Shown here: positions 1-9,930 of the stretch, piece after piece
Layout: each line of letters starts with the position of its first letter
How positions within the stretch are numbered: the first letter of the stretch is position 1
Source of the DNA: Candidatus Tenderia sp.
GTDB taxonomy: Bacteria > Pseudomonadota > Gammaproteobacteria > Tenderiales > Tenderiaceae
Direction of reading: 5' to 3'
DNA: 64,000 nt
Assembly: GCA_031416075.1 (NCBI GenBank)
Contig: JANOSY010000024.1
Span: forward strand, 64,001 to 128,000
The notes under the pieces: generated by a model
Database searches by the model: none
What the model saw: only the letters and a program-made list of their open reading frames with translations
What the model was told of the DNA's origin: nothing
Translations under genes and position numbers: made by a program

Positions 1-1
1 G

Positions 2-1474
2 GCAGCGGTGATTGGTGATGGTGCGATGACGGCGGGCATGGCCTTTGAAGCACTCAACCACGCCGGTGATCTGGATGCCAACCTGCTGGTGATCCTCAAC
101 GATAACGAGATGTCGATCTCCCCCAACGTCGGCGGCATGGCCAACTACCTGGCGCGGGTCCTCTCCGGCAAGTTCTACTCCAGTGTTCGCGAAAGCAGCA
201 AAAAGGTGCTGGGCAAGATGCCTACCGTGTGGGAGCTGGCACGCCGTGCCGAGGAGCACATGAAGGGCATGGTGGTCCCCGGCACCCTGTTTGAAGAACT
301 GGGTTTCAACTACATCGGCCCCATCGACGGCCACGACCTGCCTACCTTAATCAGCACCCTGCGTAACATGCGCGACTTTGAAGGCCCGCAATTTCTGCAC
401 GTTGTCACCAAAAAGGGCAAGGGCTTCACCCCTGCTGAAGAGAACCCCTGCACCTACCACGGCGTCGGCAAGTTTGATCCGGACAACGGCGAGCTGCTGG
501 CCAGTGCCGGTGCTATCACCTACACCCAGGTCTTTGGCGACTGGCTCTGCGATATGGCCAGCACCGACAAACGGTTTGTCGCCATCACCCCGGCGATGCG
601 TGAAGGGTCGGGCATGGTGAAGTTTTCCCAAAAGTACCCGGACCAATATTTTGATGTTGGCATAGCTGAACAGCACGCTGTCACCCTCGCGGCAGGCATG
701 GCCTGCGACGGCATGAGACCGGTCGTGGCGATCTACTCCACCTTTTTACAGCGCGCCTACGACCAGCTGATCCACGACGTGGCCATCCAGAACCTGCCCG
801 TGCTGTTTGCCATCGACCGCGCTGGCCTGGTCGGGCCTGACGGCCCCACCCATGCCGGCAGCTTTGACCTGAGCTTTCTCAACTGCATCCCCAACATGGT
901 GGTGATGGCGCCGGCCAACGAAAATGAGTGTCGCCAGATGCTCTACACCGGTCTGCAGCACAACGGCCCCTGCGCCGTGCGCTACCCACGTGGCACCGGG
1001 CCGGGTGTGGCTGTTGAAAAAACAATGACTGCCCTGCCACTGGGCAAGGCCGAACTGCGCCGCACCAGCGGATTAAAGAGTAAACGGGTCGCCCTGCTCG
1101 CCTACGGCAGTATGCTAGGAGCCGCCAGTGCCGCCGCCGAACAGCTCGATGCCACCGTGGTCAACATGCGCTTTGTTAAACCACTGGACGAGTCCATGGT
1201 GCTGAAGCTGGCCCAGGAGCACGAGCTGCTGGTCACGATCGAGGAAAACGCCATCATCGGTGGTGCTGGCAGCCTGGTGGCCACCCTGCTCAACACCCTG
1301 GATGCCCCGCCGCACCTGATCCAGATGGGGCTGCCCGACCACTTCATCGAACACGGTGATCGTATTGCCCTACTCGCCAGTTGTGGCCTCGACAGCAGTG
1401 GCATTATTCAACGCATCAAACACCATCTGGAAAACAGCGCTGAAAACATGGCTGGCCACGGCAGCGCCGCCTAG
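2..1474 (+). CDS. dxs: 1-deoxy-D-xylulose-5-phosphate synthase (5'-truncated by window edge)
   Basis: TPP motif GDGAMTAG...[23 protein letters not shown] and [13 protein letters not shown] motifs; frame is open from the window start. Confidence 0.97.
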   Translation, partial: AAVIGDGAMTAGMAFEALNHAGDLDANLLVILNDNEMSISPNVGGMANYLARVLSGKFYSSVRESSKKVLGKMPTVWELARRAEEHMKGMVVPGTLFEELGFNYIGPIDGHDLPTLISTLRNMRDFEGPQFLHVVTKKGKGFTPAEENPCTYHGVGKFDPDNGELLASAGAITYTQVFGDWLCDMASTDKRFVAITPAMREGSGMVKFSQKYPDQYFDVGIAEQHAVTLAAGMACDGMRPVVAIYSTFLQRAYDQLIHDVAIQNLPVLFAIDRAGLVGPDGPTHAGSFDLSFLNCIPNMVVMAPANENECRQMLYTGLQHNGPCAVRYPRGTGPGVAVEKTMTALPLGKAELRRTSGLKSKRVALLAYGSMLGAASAAAEQLDATVVNMRFVKPLDESMVLKLAQEHELLVTIEENAIIGGAGSLVATLLNTLDAPPHLIQMGLPDHFIEHGDRIALLASCGLDSSGIIQRIKHHLENSAENMAGHGSAA

Positions 1475-1518
1475 GTAAAATACCCTAACGTTTTAGTCAG
1501 GAAATACGTAAGCAGATC

Positions 1519-1905
1519 ATGTCCTCACACTACACACTGAAAGTGATTACCGATTTTGCAGCCGCTCACACCCTGCGCAACTACCCGGGTGATTGCGCCA
1601 AAATGCACGGCCACAACTGGAAAGTGGAAGTGGAAGTGACCGCCACCACCCTCAATGAGGTCGGTATTGGCATGGATTTCAAACAGATCCGCAAAGAGGC
1701 CAAAGAGGTATGCGACCATCTTGATCATGAGTACCTCAACGAGCTGACCCCCTTCGATACCATCAACCCAACCGCTGAAAATATCGCCGCCTACATCTAC
1801 AACCAACTGAGTCAACGGCTCAATACCGCCACGGCAAAAATTAGCGCTATTACCATCTGGGAAACAGAGCGGGCCTGCATCCGCTACACGGAGAACCAAG
1901 AGTAA
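1519..1905 (+). CDS. queD: 6-carboxy-5,6,7,8-tetrahydropterin synthase
   Basis: FAAAH...[19 protein letters not shown] and WET motifs of the PTPS/QueD family. Confidence 0.93.
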   Translation: MSSHYTLKVITDFAAAHTLRNYPGDCAKMHGHNWKVEVEVTATTLNEVGIGMDFKQIRKEAKEVCDHLDHEYLNELTPFDTINPTAENIAAYIYNQLSQRLNTATAKISAITIWETERACIRYTENQE

Positions 1906-2702
1906 TGACTGACAAAAACCCCATGATCGATGTTCAAAGCAGTGTCGATGTTCGCTGCATCCCGATTAATAAGGTGGGTATCAAAGATATTCGCCACCCC
2001 GTGCGTGTTAAAGACCGCAGCCAGGGTGAGCAGCACACCATCGCCAACTTCAACATGTATGTACATCTACCCCACAATTTTAAGGGAACCCACATGTCAC
2101 GTTTTGTTGAGATCCTCAACAACTACGAGCGCGAATTCTCTGTCGAAAACTTTGACCGGATGATGGTGGAGATGGCGGAACGGCTGGAGTCCAACGAAGG
2201 GCACATTGAGATGTCCTTCCCCTACTTTGTAGAGAAACCGGCCCCTATCTCCAAAGTAAAAAGCCTGATGGACTATGATGTCACCCTGCTGGGCGAGATT
2301 AAAAACGGCACACCCTCTGTTGCCATCAAGGTAGTCGTGCCCGTCACCAGCCTCTGCCCCTGCTCAAAAGAGATCTCCGCCTACGGTGCCCACAACCAGC
2401 GCTCACACGTCACCGTCACCGTACATACCAACGATTTTGTCTGGATTGAGGACATTATCGACCTTGTTGAAGGGGAAGCATCATGCGAGCTCTTCGGCTT
2501 GCTAAAACGTCCCGACGAAAAATATGTGACCGAACGCGCCTACGACAACCCCAAATTTGTTGAGGATATGGTCCGTGATGTTGCAGCGCGTCTCAATAGC
2601 GACAACCGAATCGACTCCTACACGGTAGAGTCAGAAAACTTTGAGTCTATCCACAACCATTCAGCCTACGCCCTGGTAGAACACAATAAAACACTAACAT
2701 AG
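1905..2702 (+). CDS. folE2: GTP cyclohydrolase IB (FolE2)
   Basis: [28 protein letters not shown] and ESIHNHSA motifs; start overlaps the queD stop. Confidence 0.96.
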   Translation: MTDKNPMIDVQSSVDVRCIPINKVGIKDIRHPVRVKDRSQGEQHTIANFNMYVHLPHNFKGTHMSRFVEILNNYEREFSVENFDRMMVEMAERLESNEGHIEMSFPYFVEKPAPISKVKSLMDYDVTLLGEIKNGTPSVAIKVVVPVTSLCPCSKEISAYGAHNQRSHVTVTVHTNDFVWIEDIIDLVEGEASCELFGLLKRPDEKYVTERAYDNPKFVEDMVRDVAARLNSDNRIDSYTVESENFESIHNHSAYALVEHNKTLT

Positions 2703-2728
2703 TGGTTTTATCTCCAATATTCATGACT

Positions 2729-2793
2729 ACCTTGTTTCGCCCCCGGTATCGGAGTACAGTTTGCTCCAGAAGATGCCGGGGGCAAAGGCAGGT
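2729..2793. other. Long imperfect GC-rich inverted repeat (possible terminator or structured RNA)
   Basis: GCCCCCGGTATC...GATGCCGGGGGC outer stem with an inner GGAG/CTCC stem, 27 nt after the folE2 stop. Confidence 0.55.
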
Positions 2794-2964
2794 CTCGTTT
2801 TTCACTCACCTATGCTGTGGCATAAAGTGATCTCCATACCGCAGTACTCTGACCCAGCTAACAAAAATAAATATCGAATGCTTTAAAATCCGTTGCAGTC
2901 GCCACTTTAATTAAAGGTCACTCAAACGCATTTTTTGGGGCATCTGGAAATAAAGGGTAGCCAG

Positions 2965-5397
2965 ATGAAAAGCTTTTTTAACAACTTCACCAGCCGCATG
3001 TTCTTAGGCGAGCTTGCTGTGCACGCCTTGCTGGCAAGCGCACTTTTCTTTCTTGCCCTGCCACTACTCAAACAGGAATACCAAAATCAGTTCATTGAAC
3101 AGGCACAACAGACTTCCAAGCGTATTGCCACCCTATTACAAAACAGCGCGCCCCCCTACCATCTGGAGAGTCTTGTGGGCCACGGCGACATCGTTCACGC
3201 CCGTCTGATCAGTGCGGACCGGGCCAGTGGCAGTTTTAAACACGACTTGGCATATGGCAGTGACAGCAATCACCGCTATCAGATAATCACCCCCTTGCGA
3301 ACGGCAGGCGAACAACTGATTTTAGAGTTGGGGTACGACGAAACACCCACTGAGCAACGCATTACCAACGCCTTTCATTTCGGGATCAACCTGGCAATCG
3401 CTTATGTAGTATTGGCCATGCTGGGTATCGCGCTACTCGGGTCACAGCTGACACGCCCACTGCGGCACTTGCGCCAGACGGCCTTAAATATTGCTGCTGG
3501 CCACCCCATGGAACAGATCAATACCGATACAGAGATCACTGAAGTCAAAGAACTCGCCAACAGCCTGGAGCGGATGCGTAACAGGCTGGTGACCCAACGT
3601 GAAGATCTGGCGATACGCGAAGCGCGTGTCAGTGCGGTCATGGATAACATCGCTGACGGCCTTATCACCATCAACGAACTGGGGCAGATTCAATCATTCA
3701 ATCTGGCAGCAGAGCGCATCTTCAACCACAGCGCCAACGAAATGGTCGGCAACTCTGTTAACGTCCTGTTTGCCGCGCCCCTTATCTCGCGCAATCCGGA
3801 TAACGGTGAGGCCCGCGCCACGATCGAACAACACGCCCCCTATGAAACACTCGGACGACGTAAAGATGGCAGTACCTTCCATATGGAGGCCTCAATCAGT
3901 GAGATTTGCGAACTGGCAGGCTGCATCTCCATCGTCATCTGCCGCGATATTAGTGTGCAAAAGCAGGCTGAACTGGAGATCAAATCGCTCAAGGATGACC
4001 TTGAACAGCGTGTTGTTAAACGCACCCTGGAGCTGGCCTCTGTCAACAAAGAGCTACAGCATCAGGCACTGCACGATGCCCTCACCAGTCTGCCCAACCG
4101 GGTGCTGATGCAGGACCGTCTGCAACAGGCCACACGTGCCGCCAAACGTGAAGGCCACTCACTGGCACTGATGATTACCGATCTGGACCGGTTCAAAGAG
4201 ATCAACGACACCCTCGGCCACCACTACGGTGATCTGCTCCTGCAACAGGTGGCGGGACGGGTACGCAGCGCACTACGTGATTCCGATACCGTCGCCCGGC
4301 TCGGCGGCGACGAGTTTGCAGTCCTGCTACCCACCATCCAGAATGAGGAGCAGGCAACTCAGGCCGCCATCAAAATCGCCACCGCCATGGACGCCCCTTT
4401 CATTCTTGAAAACCAAAATTTTCATGTTGGCATCAGTATCGGCATCGCCATCTATCCCAAAGATGGCGATAATTCAGCCCATCTCATGCGACGCGCCGAT
4501 GTAGCTATGTATGTTGCCAAACGGGCACAGAGCAGCTACGCCTTTTACAACCCTGAACAAGATCAACACAGCGCCAGCCGTCTCGCCTTAGTGGGTGAGC
4601 TACGCCGCGCCCTGGAACAGAACCAACTGGTGGTTCACTACCAACCCACTGTTGATATCAAACAACGTCTGGTCGTCGGTGTTGAGGCGCTGTTGCGCTG
4701 GCAACACCCCATCCGTGGCACACTGCAACCCAGCGAGTTTATCCCCCTGGCGGAACAGACCGGCCTCATCAAGGGATTGACCCTCTTTGTGCTGAATGAG
4801 TCGCTGCAACAGCTGCACCAGTGGCAGGCAAAAGGTGTGCAGCTGCGTATGGCCGTCAATCTGTCGGCACGTAATCTCAACGACCCTGATCTCGTCAAAC
4901 AGATCGATGGACTGCTGAACCATTGGCAGGTTCTGCCTGAACAGTTGCAACTGGACATCACCGAAAGCGCCATCATGGAGGATCCAGCCCGCGCCATGAG
5001 CACGTTATCGCGGATCTACGCCATGGGTATCAAACTCTCTATTGACGATTTTGGCACCGGCTATTCATCCCTTGCCTATCTCAAACAGCTCCCCGTACAT
5101 GAGATCAAAATCGACCGCTCCTTTGTTGAGGGCATGGTTAGCAACAATGAGGATCGTGTCATCGTCCGCTCCACTGTCGACCTCGCCTTCAACATGGGCC
5201 ACCGGGTCATTGCCGAAGGGGTTAACAGTAAAGAGGCCCTTGCCCTGCTGGCCAGCATGGGGTGCGACCATGCTCAGGGCTTCTTTATCAGCAAGCCTCT
5301 GCACGGTAGTGAACTCTATCAATGGCTGAAAACCAATACCGAATGGCGCGCCGATATCAAGCCACGCAATACACGACCTGAACCTGAGATGGTCTAG
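2965..5397 (+). CDS. Membrane-anchored HAMP-PAS-GGDEF-EAL c-di-GMP signalling protein
   Basis: Two hydrophobic segments, HAMP (LTRPLRHL), PAS, RDSD I-site plus RLGGDEF, VEALLRW and DDFGTGYSS; ATG at 2965 preferred over TTG at 2935. Confidence 0.93.
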   Translation: MKSFFNNFTSRMFLGELAVHALLASALFFLALPLLKQEYQNQFIEQAQQTSKRIATLLQNSAPPYHLESLVGHGDIVHARLISADRASGSFKHDLAYGSDSNHRYQIITPLRTAGEQLILELGYDETPTEQRITNAFHFGINLAIAYVVLAMLGIALLGSQLTRPLRHLRQTALNIAAGHPMEQINTDTEITEVKELANSLERMRNRLVTQREDLAIREARVSAVMDNIADGLITINELGQIQSFNLAAERIFNHSANEMVGNSVNVLFAAPLISRNPDNGEARATIEQHAPYETLGRRKDGSTFHMEASISEICELAGCISIVICRDISVQKQAELEIKSLKDDLEQRVVKRTLELASVNKELQHQALHDALTSLPNRVLMQDRLQQATRAAKREGHSLALMITDLDRFKEINDTLGHHYGDLLLQQVAGRVRSALRDSDTVARLGGDEFAVLLPTIQNEEQATQAAIKIATAMDAPFILENQNFHVGISIGIAIYPKDGDNSAHLMRRADVAMYVAKRAQSSYAFYNPEQDQHSASRLALVGELRRALEQNQLVVHYQPTVDIKQRLVVGVEALLRWQHPIRGTLQPSEFIPLAEQTGLIKGLTLFVLNESLQQLHQWQAKGVQLRMAVNLSARNLNDPDLVKQIDGLLNHWQVLPEQLQLDITESAIMEDPARAMSTLSRIYAMGIKLSIDDFGTGYSSLAYLKQLPVHEIKIDRSFVEGMVSNNEDRVIVRSTVDLAFNMGHRVIAEGVNSKEALALLASMGCDHAQGFFISKPLHGSELYQWLKTNTEWRADIKPRNTRPEPEMV

Positions 5398-5417
5398 ATA
5401 GCTGGAATACCAGGCGA

Positions 5418-5903
5418 CTAGAGCCAGTAAACCAGCAGCTGCATACACAACAGCGCCATCGCACCCGCCAAAACATCATCCAGCATAATGCCAACGCCGC
5501 CATGAACATGGGCATCAACCCAGCTAATCGGCCAGGGTTTCACAATATCAAAGAGACGAAAGAGCACAAAACCCACCACCACCCAACCCCACCCGACAGG
5601 GGCCGCCGCCATGGTGATGAGATAACCCACAAACTCATCCCAGACAATTCCCGGATGGTCATGCACCCCCATGTCACTGGCGGTACGGTGGCAGAGCCAG
5701 ATTCCAACCAGTGTCAACAGCAGCAGAATCAGCAGATATAGCGATAGGGAGAGTGGCTGCAACAACAGGTAGAGCGGCACCGCCGCCAGCGTGCCCCAGG
5801 TACCCGGTGCCTTGGGCATCGCACCACTGCCAAAGCCAAAGGCGAGCAGATGGATCGGATTACGCCAGTTTAATTTGGGTAATACACCACGCTGTTTAGC
5901 CAA
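5418..5903 (-). CDS. pgpA: Phosphatidylglycerophosphatase A
   Basis: FGSG..PKAPGTWGT, IVWDEFVG, FRLFDIVKPWPI and GIMLDD motifs; follows thiL; start codon uncertain. Confidence 0.94.
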   Translation of the reverse strand: MAKQRGVLPKLNWRNPIHLLAFGFGSGAMPKAPGTWGTLAAVPLYLLLQPLSLSLYLLILLLLTLVGIWLCHRTASDMGVHDHPGIVWDEFVGYLITMAAAPVGWGWVVVGFVLFRLFDIVKPWPISWVDAHVHGGVGIMLDDVLAGAMALLCMQLLVYWL

Positions 5904-6864
5904 AGTGCTGATACCCCCCGGCGTGATACGGAATAGCGTCACCACGGTCAGAGGTTAACCGCAGACCTGGCAGCACCTCAATCTGGCCAATGCAGGTGAC
6001 AGCGCAGTCGATCGCTTGCAGCGCCTGGCTCAGCGCCACCTCATTACCAGCAGGCAGTGTAAAACAGAGTTCATAATCATCCCCCGCTGTGAGCGGCAGC
6101 CGCCACCACTCATCACCGCCCCCCTTCACCTCAGCGGCCACGGGCAAGCTATCAAGGTTCACCGTCGCCCCAACACCGCTGGAAACAAGGATATGGCCGA
6201 GATCCCCGGCCATACCATCGGAGATATCAATCGCAGCTGTTGCCAACCCACGTAGCGCCAGGCCCACGGCCACACGTGGTGTTGGGCGCTGTAACCGTGA
6301 GATAAAATAGTCACGACGTGACGGGGCCAAAATTAACTCAGTACGATCCAATGCCAACTGCAATCCCAATCCAGCATCACCCAGCTGACCAGTCACGTAG
6401 ATCAGATCCCCGACCTTGGCACCATCACGGCGTAACGCCTGGCCAGGGGGCACAAAACCGCAGATTTGCAACGTAATAGTGAGCGGGCCACGGCTAGTAT
6501 CCCCCCCCACCAACGCCACACCATGCTCGGCGGCCAGCTGGCTCAACCCCTCAGAAAACCCCTGCAACCAGCGCTCATCCACCGCTGGCAGTGTCAGCCC
6601 CAGCAACATCCAGGCAGGCTCCGCCCCCATGGCGGCCATATCACTCAGATTGACCGCCACGGTTTTGTAACCAATATCATCAGGGGAGGTGTGCAAGGGA
6701 AAATGGACCCCCTCAACCAAGGTATCCATACTCAGCGCCAGACTCTCGCCAGCGGCGGGGGTCAACAGTGCGGCGTCATCCCCTACCCCCAGCAGCACAT
6801 CACCACGGGCCGCCATGCCGCGACTAAAATAGCGCTTGATCAGCCCAAATTCAGAGATAGCCAT
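5896..6864 (-). CDS. thiL: Thiamine-monophosphate kinase
   Basis: EFGLI, GDDAA, VNLSDMAAMGA, GGDT, DISDG and GDDYELCFT motifs. Confidence 0.96.
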   Translation of the reverse strand: MAISEFGLIKRYFSRGMAARGDVLLGVGDDAALLTPAAGESLALSMDTLVEGVHFPLHTSPDDIGYKTVAVNLSDMAAMGAEPAWMLLGLTLPAVDERWLQGFSEGLSQLAAEHGVALVGGDTSRGPLTITLQICGFVPPGQALRRDGAKVGDLIYVTGQLGDAGLGLQLALDRTELILAPSRRDYFISRLQRPTPRVAVGLALRGLATAAIDISDGMAGDLGHILVSSGVGATVNLDSLPVAAEVKGGGDEWWRLPLTAGDDYELCFTLPAGNEVALSQALQAIDCAVTCIGQIEVLPGLRLTSDRGDAIPYHAGGYQHFG

Positions 6865-6894
6865 GGTGTGTCTGCTAGGCGTCCGGCCAACGCA

Positions 6895-7329
6895 CTATTT
6901 TTTTGGGGTGCGCTGAATTTCCAGCTGACGGGTCTGCTGGGCAACCTTATCCAGTACGCCGTTGACATATTTATGGCTCTGATCAGCGCCAAACATCTTG
7001 GCCGACTCCAGCGCCTCATTAATAACCACCCGATACGGGACGTCGGGACGTGATACCAACTCAAACGTCGCCATCCGTAAAATGGCACGCTCCACCGGGT
7101 CAACACTATTAATATCACGGTCAAGAAAAGGTTTGATCTGCTGGTCTAGGGCCTCCAGCTGACCCGCCACCCCATGCAGCAGCACCTTAAAGTACTCGAG
7201 ATCAACCTTGGCCATCTCACGCTCCACCAGAAACTGATCGTGGATTTCAGAGATATTTTCTCCAGCCATCTGCCACTGATAGAGTGCTTGCACGGCACTG
7301 CGACGTGCCTTGGAACGGGCATTACTCAA
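6895..7329 (-). CDS. nusB: Transcription antitermination factor NusB
   Basis: ARSKARRSAVQALYQW and YVNGVLD motifs; ribH-nusB-thiL synteny. Confidence 0.96.
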   Translation of the reverse strand: MSNARSKARRSAVQALYQWQMAGENISEIHDQFLVEREMAKVDLEYFKVLLHGVAGQLEALDQQIKPFLDRDINSVDPVERAILRMATFELVSRPDVPYRVVINEALESAKMFGADQSHKYVNGVLDKVAQQTRQLEIQRTPKK

Positions 7330-7351
7330 ATTTTATTGCTCCTTAATTTAT

Positions 7352-7393
7352 CCCCCCTCACCCTAACCCTCTCCCCCAGGGGGGGCGAGGGGA
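7352..7393. repeat. BoxC-like intergenic palindromic repeat
   Basis: CCCCTCACCCTAACCCTCTCCCCCAGGGGGGGCGAGGGGA matches the pyrimidine-tail plus hairpin pattern of BoxC elements. Confidence 0.7.
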
Positions 7394-7431
7394 CTGGATG
7401 CACTTCGTAGCAAAGTAACGGGGAATTTCTA

Positions 7432-7911
7432 CTACAGCTTATCAACGCCCTTAAGCAGATTGATCATCTCAATCGCCGACATGGCTGCTTCAACACCTTT
7501 ATTCCCAGCTTTAGTACCAGAACGCTCAATCGCCTGTTCGATACTGTCCACGGTCAATACCCCAAAGGCGACTGGCAGATCATGCTGCATCGCCACCATC
7601 GCCAACCCTTTGGAACACTCACCCGCCACATACTCAAAATGGGGGGTACCCCCACGAATCACTGCACCAACAGCAATGATGGCATCATGTTTTTTCTTCG
7701 CCGCCACTCGTTGTGCCAACAGCGGCAGCTCATACGCACCGGGGGCATAGATCAGGTCGATATTCTCGACCTTGCCGCCATGGCGCTTGATGCAATCAAT
7801 AGCACCAGCGACCAAATGCTCCACCACAAAACTATTAAAACGGCCGGCAACAATGGCAAAGCGGTGGCCAGCGGCGCTGAAATCACCCTCGATTAAATTC
7901 ACGTCTTTCAT
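7432..7911 (-). CDS. ribH: 6,7-dimethyl-8-ribityllumazine synthase
   Basis: [21 protein letters not shown] and GTKAGNKG motifs. Confidence 0.97.
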   Translation of the reverse strand: MKDVNLIEGDFSAAGHRFAIVAGRFNSFVVEHLVAGAIDCIKRHGGKVENIDLIYAPGAYELPLLAQRVAAKKKHDAIIAVGAVIRGGTPHFEYVAGECSKGLAMVAMQHDLPVAFGVLTVDSIEQAIERSGTKAGNKGVEAAMSAIEMINLLKGVDKL

Positions 7912-8031
7912 CTATTTTCCTTAAAACAGTTGGCACTCAGGCCCGTGCATGCGTTAGCGGCCTATTGTAACCGCCCCTAGAGCCTTCCGGATACAACGGA
8001 TCACCGCAAACAGGCTCGCGGCATGCGCTCG

Positions 8032-9135
8032 CTACACATACTCCACCACCTCAAGACCAAACCCGTCCAACCCATGAAGCTTCTTTGGCGCGCCCATCAC
8101 ACGCATTTTACGCACGCCAATGTCAGAGAGGATCTGCGCCCCGGCACCATAGCCACGCAGGTCTGAACTGGTTTCGGGACGGGGCAGATTAATGCCACGG
8201 TCCTGCAGCTGGTAATCACGGATCCGTTTGACCAGATCCGCCGGCTTCTCCTCATGCTGTAACAGCAAAATCACCGCTGATGACTCATCGGCCACTCGTT
8301 GCATGGCCACACGCAGTGGCAATCCCCCATCCCCGCGCTGCACCGCCAGCAAGTCGGTGAAGGTATCCGCAAGATGCACACGCACTAGAATGGGCACATC
8401 AGGTAGGACCTCACCCTTCACCAGGGCCAAATGCAATGCTTTATCAGCGTAGTCCTGGTAGGCCAGCAGCCGGAATTGGCCATACTCCGTGGGTAGCTGG
8501 CACTCTGCCACCCGTTCAACACTTTTTTCGTGCTGCAGGCGGTAGCGGATCAAATCGGCAACCGTGCCAATCTTAAGGCCGTGCTCTTTGGCAAAAATCT
8601 CCAACTCGGGACGACGTGCCATGGTGCCATCATCATTCAGGATCTCAACGATGACACTGGCAGGTTCAAACCCTGCCAGACGCGCCAGGTCACACCCCGC
8701 CTCTGTGTGGCCAGCGCGACTCAATACCCCGCCAGGCTGGGCCATAAGGGGGAAGATGTGACCGGGTTGGTTAATATCCTCCGGCACGGCACCAGCCCTC
8801 ACGGCAGCCTGTACTGTCATGGCCCGATCAGCGGCGGAGATACCGGTAGTCACCCCCTCTGCCGCCTCAATCGAAACAGTAAAATTAGTGCCATGTTTAG
8901 CATGGGTATCCGCCACCATCAGCGGCAATTTCAACTGCTCACACCGCTCACGGGTCAATGGCAGGCAGATCAGGCCACGGGCGTAACGGGCCATGAAGTT
9001 GATATCTTTGGCCTGCACACACTCTGCCGCCATGATCAGATCGCCTTCGTTTTCACGATCCTCATCATCCATCAACACCACCATCTTGCCCTGGCGGATA
9101 TCTTCAATAATCTCTTCGATACTATTCAGTGCCAT
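8032..9135 (-). CDS. ribB: 3,4-dihydroxy-2-butanone-4-phosphate synthase fused to a degenerate GTP cyclohydrolase II-like domain (RibBX type)
   Basis: [17 protein letters not shown] and GHTEAG in the N-domain; C-domain has [11 protein letters not shown] where RibA has RxHSEC and lacks the Zn cysteines. Confidence 0.92.
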   Translation of the reverse strand: MALNSIEEIIEDIRQGKMVVLMDDEDRENEGDLIMAAECVQAKDINFMARYARGLICLPLTRERCEQLKLPLMVADTHAKHGTNFTVSIEAAEGVTTGISAADRAMTVQAAVRAGAVPEDINQPGHIFPLMAQPGGVLSRAGHTEAGCDLARLAGFEPASVIVEILNDDGTMARRPELEIFAKEHGLKIGTVADLIRYRLQHEKSVERVAECQLPTEYGQFRLLAYQDYADKALHLALVKGEVLPDVPILVRVHLADTFTDLLAVQRGDGGLPLRVAMQRVADESSAVILLLQHEEKPADLVKRIRDYQLQDRGINLPRPETSSDLRGYGAGAQILSDIGVRKMRVMGAPKKLHGLDGFGLEVVEYV

Positions 9136-9143
9136 GCGCTCAG

Positions 9144-9806
9144 TTAACCCTTCAAAAAACCGTGTTCAGCCAGAAGTGCCAGTGATACCCCGATACCGTT
9201 AGCTGTTGCCGCCTGGTCACCCAGCAACAGCCGTTCCAGATAACGGGCCACCAGATCGACCTCGATATTAACGCGCCGCCCAACGTTATATTCATTGATT
9301 GTGGTAATCATGCCGGTATGCGGGATAATGTTGACCTCAAAAAGCGCACCATCAACCCGGTTCACCGTCAGACTGACACCATCAATACAGATCGAACCTT
9401 TCACCGCCACATATTTGGCCAGCCCATCGGGAATCCGCACACAAAAACATAACGACTCCCCCACCGGCTGGCGCGATTCAATGATCCCCACCCCGTCCAC
9501 ATGGCCGCTGACCAGGTGGCCACCCAGCCGTGTGGTGGGGGTCAGCGCCTTCTCCAGGTTCACCGCCCGACTAACCCTGAAATCCCCGAGGGTAGTTTTA
9601 TCGAGGGTCTCGGCAGAGACATCCATCGCCACATCAGTGGCGCTGAACTGCACCACCGTCAGACAGATACCATCCACGGCGATGCTATCGCCTAGCGCCA
9701 CATCACCCATATCAAGATCGCCCACAGCAATCGTCAAACGACGATCATTGCCCTTGGCTGCAAGCGCCTTGATGGTGCCACGTGCTTCGATGATTCCGGT
9801 AAACAT
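9144..9806 (-). CDS. ribE: Riboflavin synthase (alpha chain)
   Basis: MFTGII N-terminus, GGHLVSGHVDG and KGSICIDGVSLTVN motifs. Confidence 0.95.
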   Translation of the reverse strand: MFTGIIEARGTIKALAAKGNDRRLTIAVGDLDMGDVALGDSIAVDGICLTVVQFSATDVAMDVSAETLDKTTLGDFRVSRAVNLEKALTPTTRLGGHLVSGHVDGVGIIESRQPVGESLCFCVRIPDGLAKYVAVKGSICIDGVSLTVNRVDGALFEVNIIPHTGMITTINEYNVGRRVNIEVDLVARYLERLLLGDQAATANGIGVSLALLAEHGFLKG

Positions 9807-9930
9807 GCCGTTCCTCAAGTCTCAAATGTAGGCTGGGGTCACCCTAACGGGTACAAGCGATGCGCAGTACCACTGTCATACAAATCCACCATAACTATTC
9901 GAACATATCCAACTCAACCGTCACACTGTT

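Noticed and set aside
2826-2842. CRP-like site AGTGATCTCCATACCG before the GGDEF-EAL gene
   Set aside because: The right half-site is a poor match
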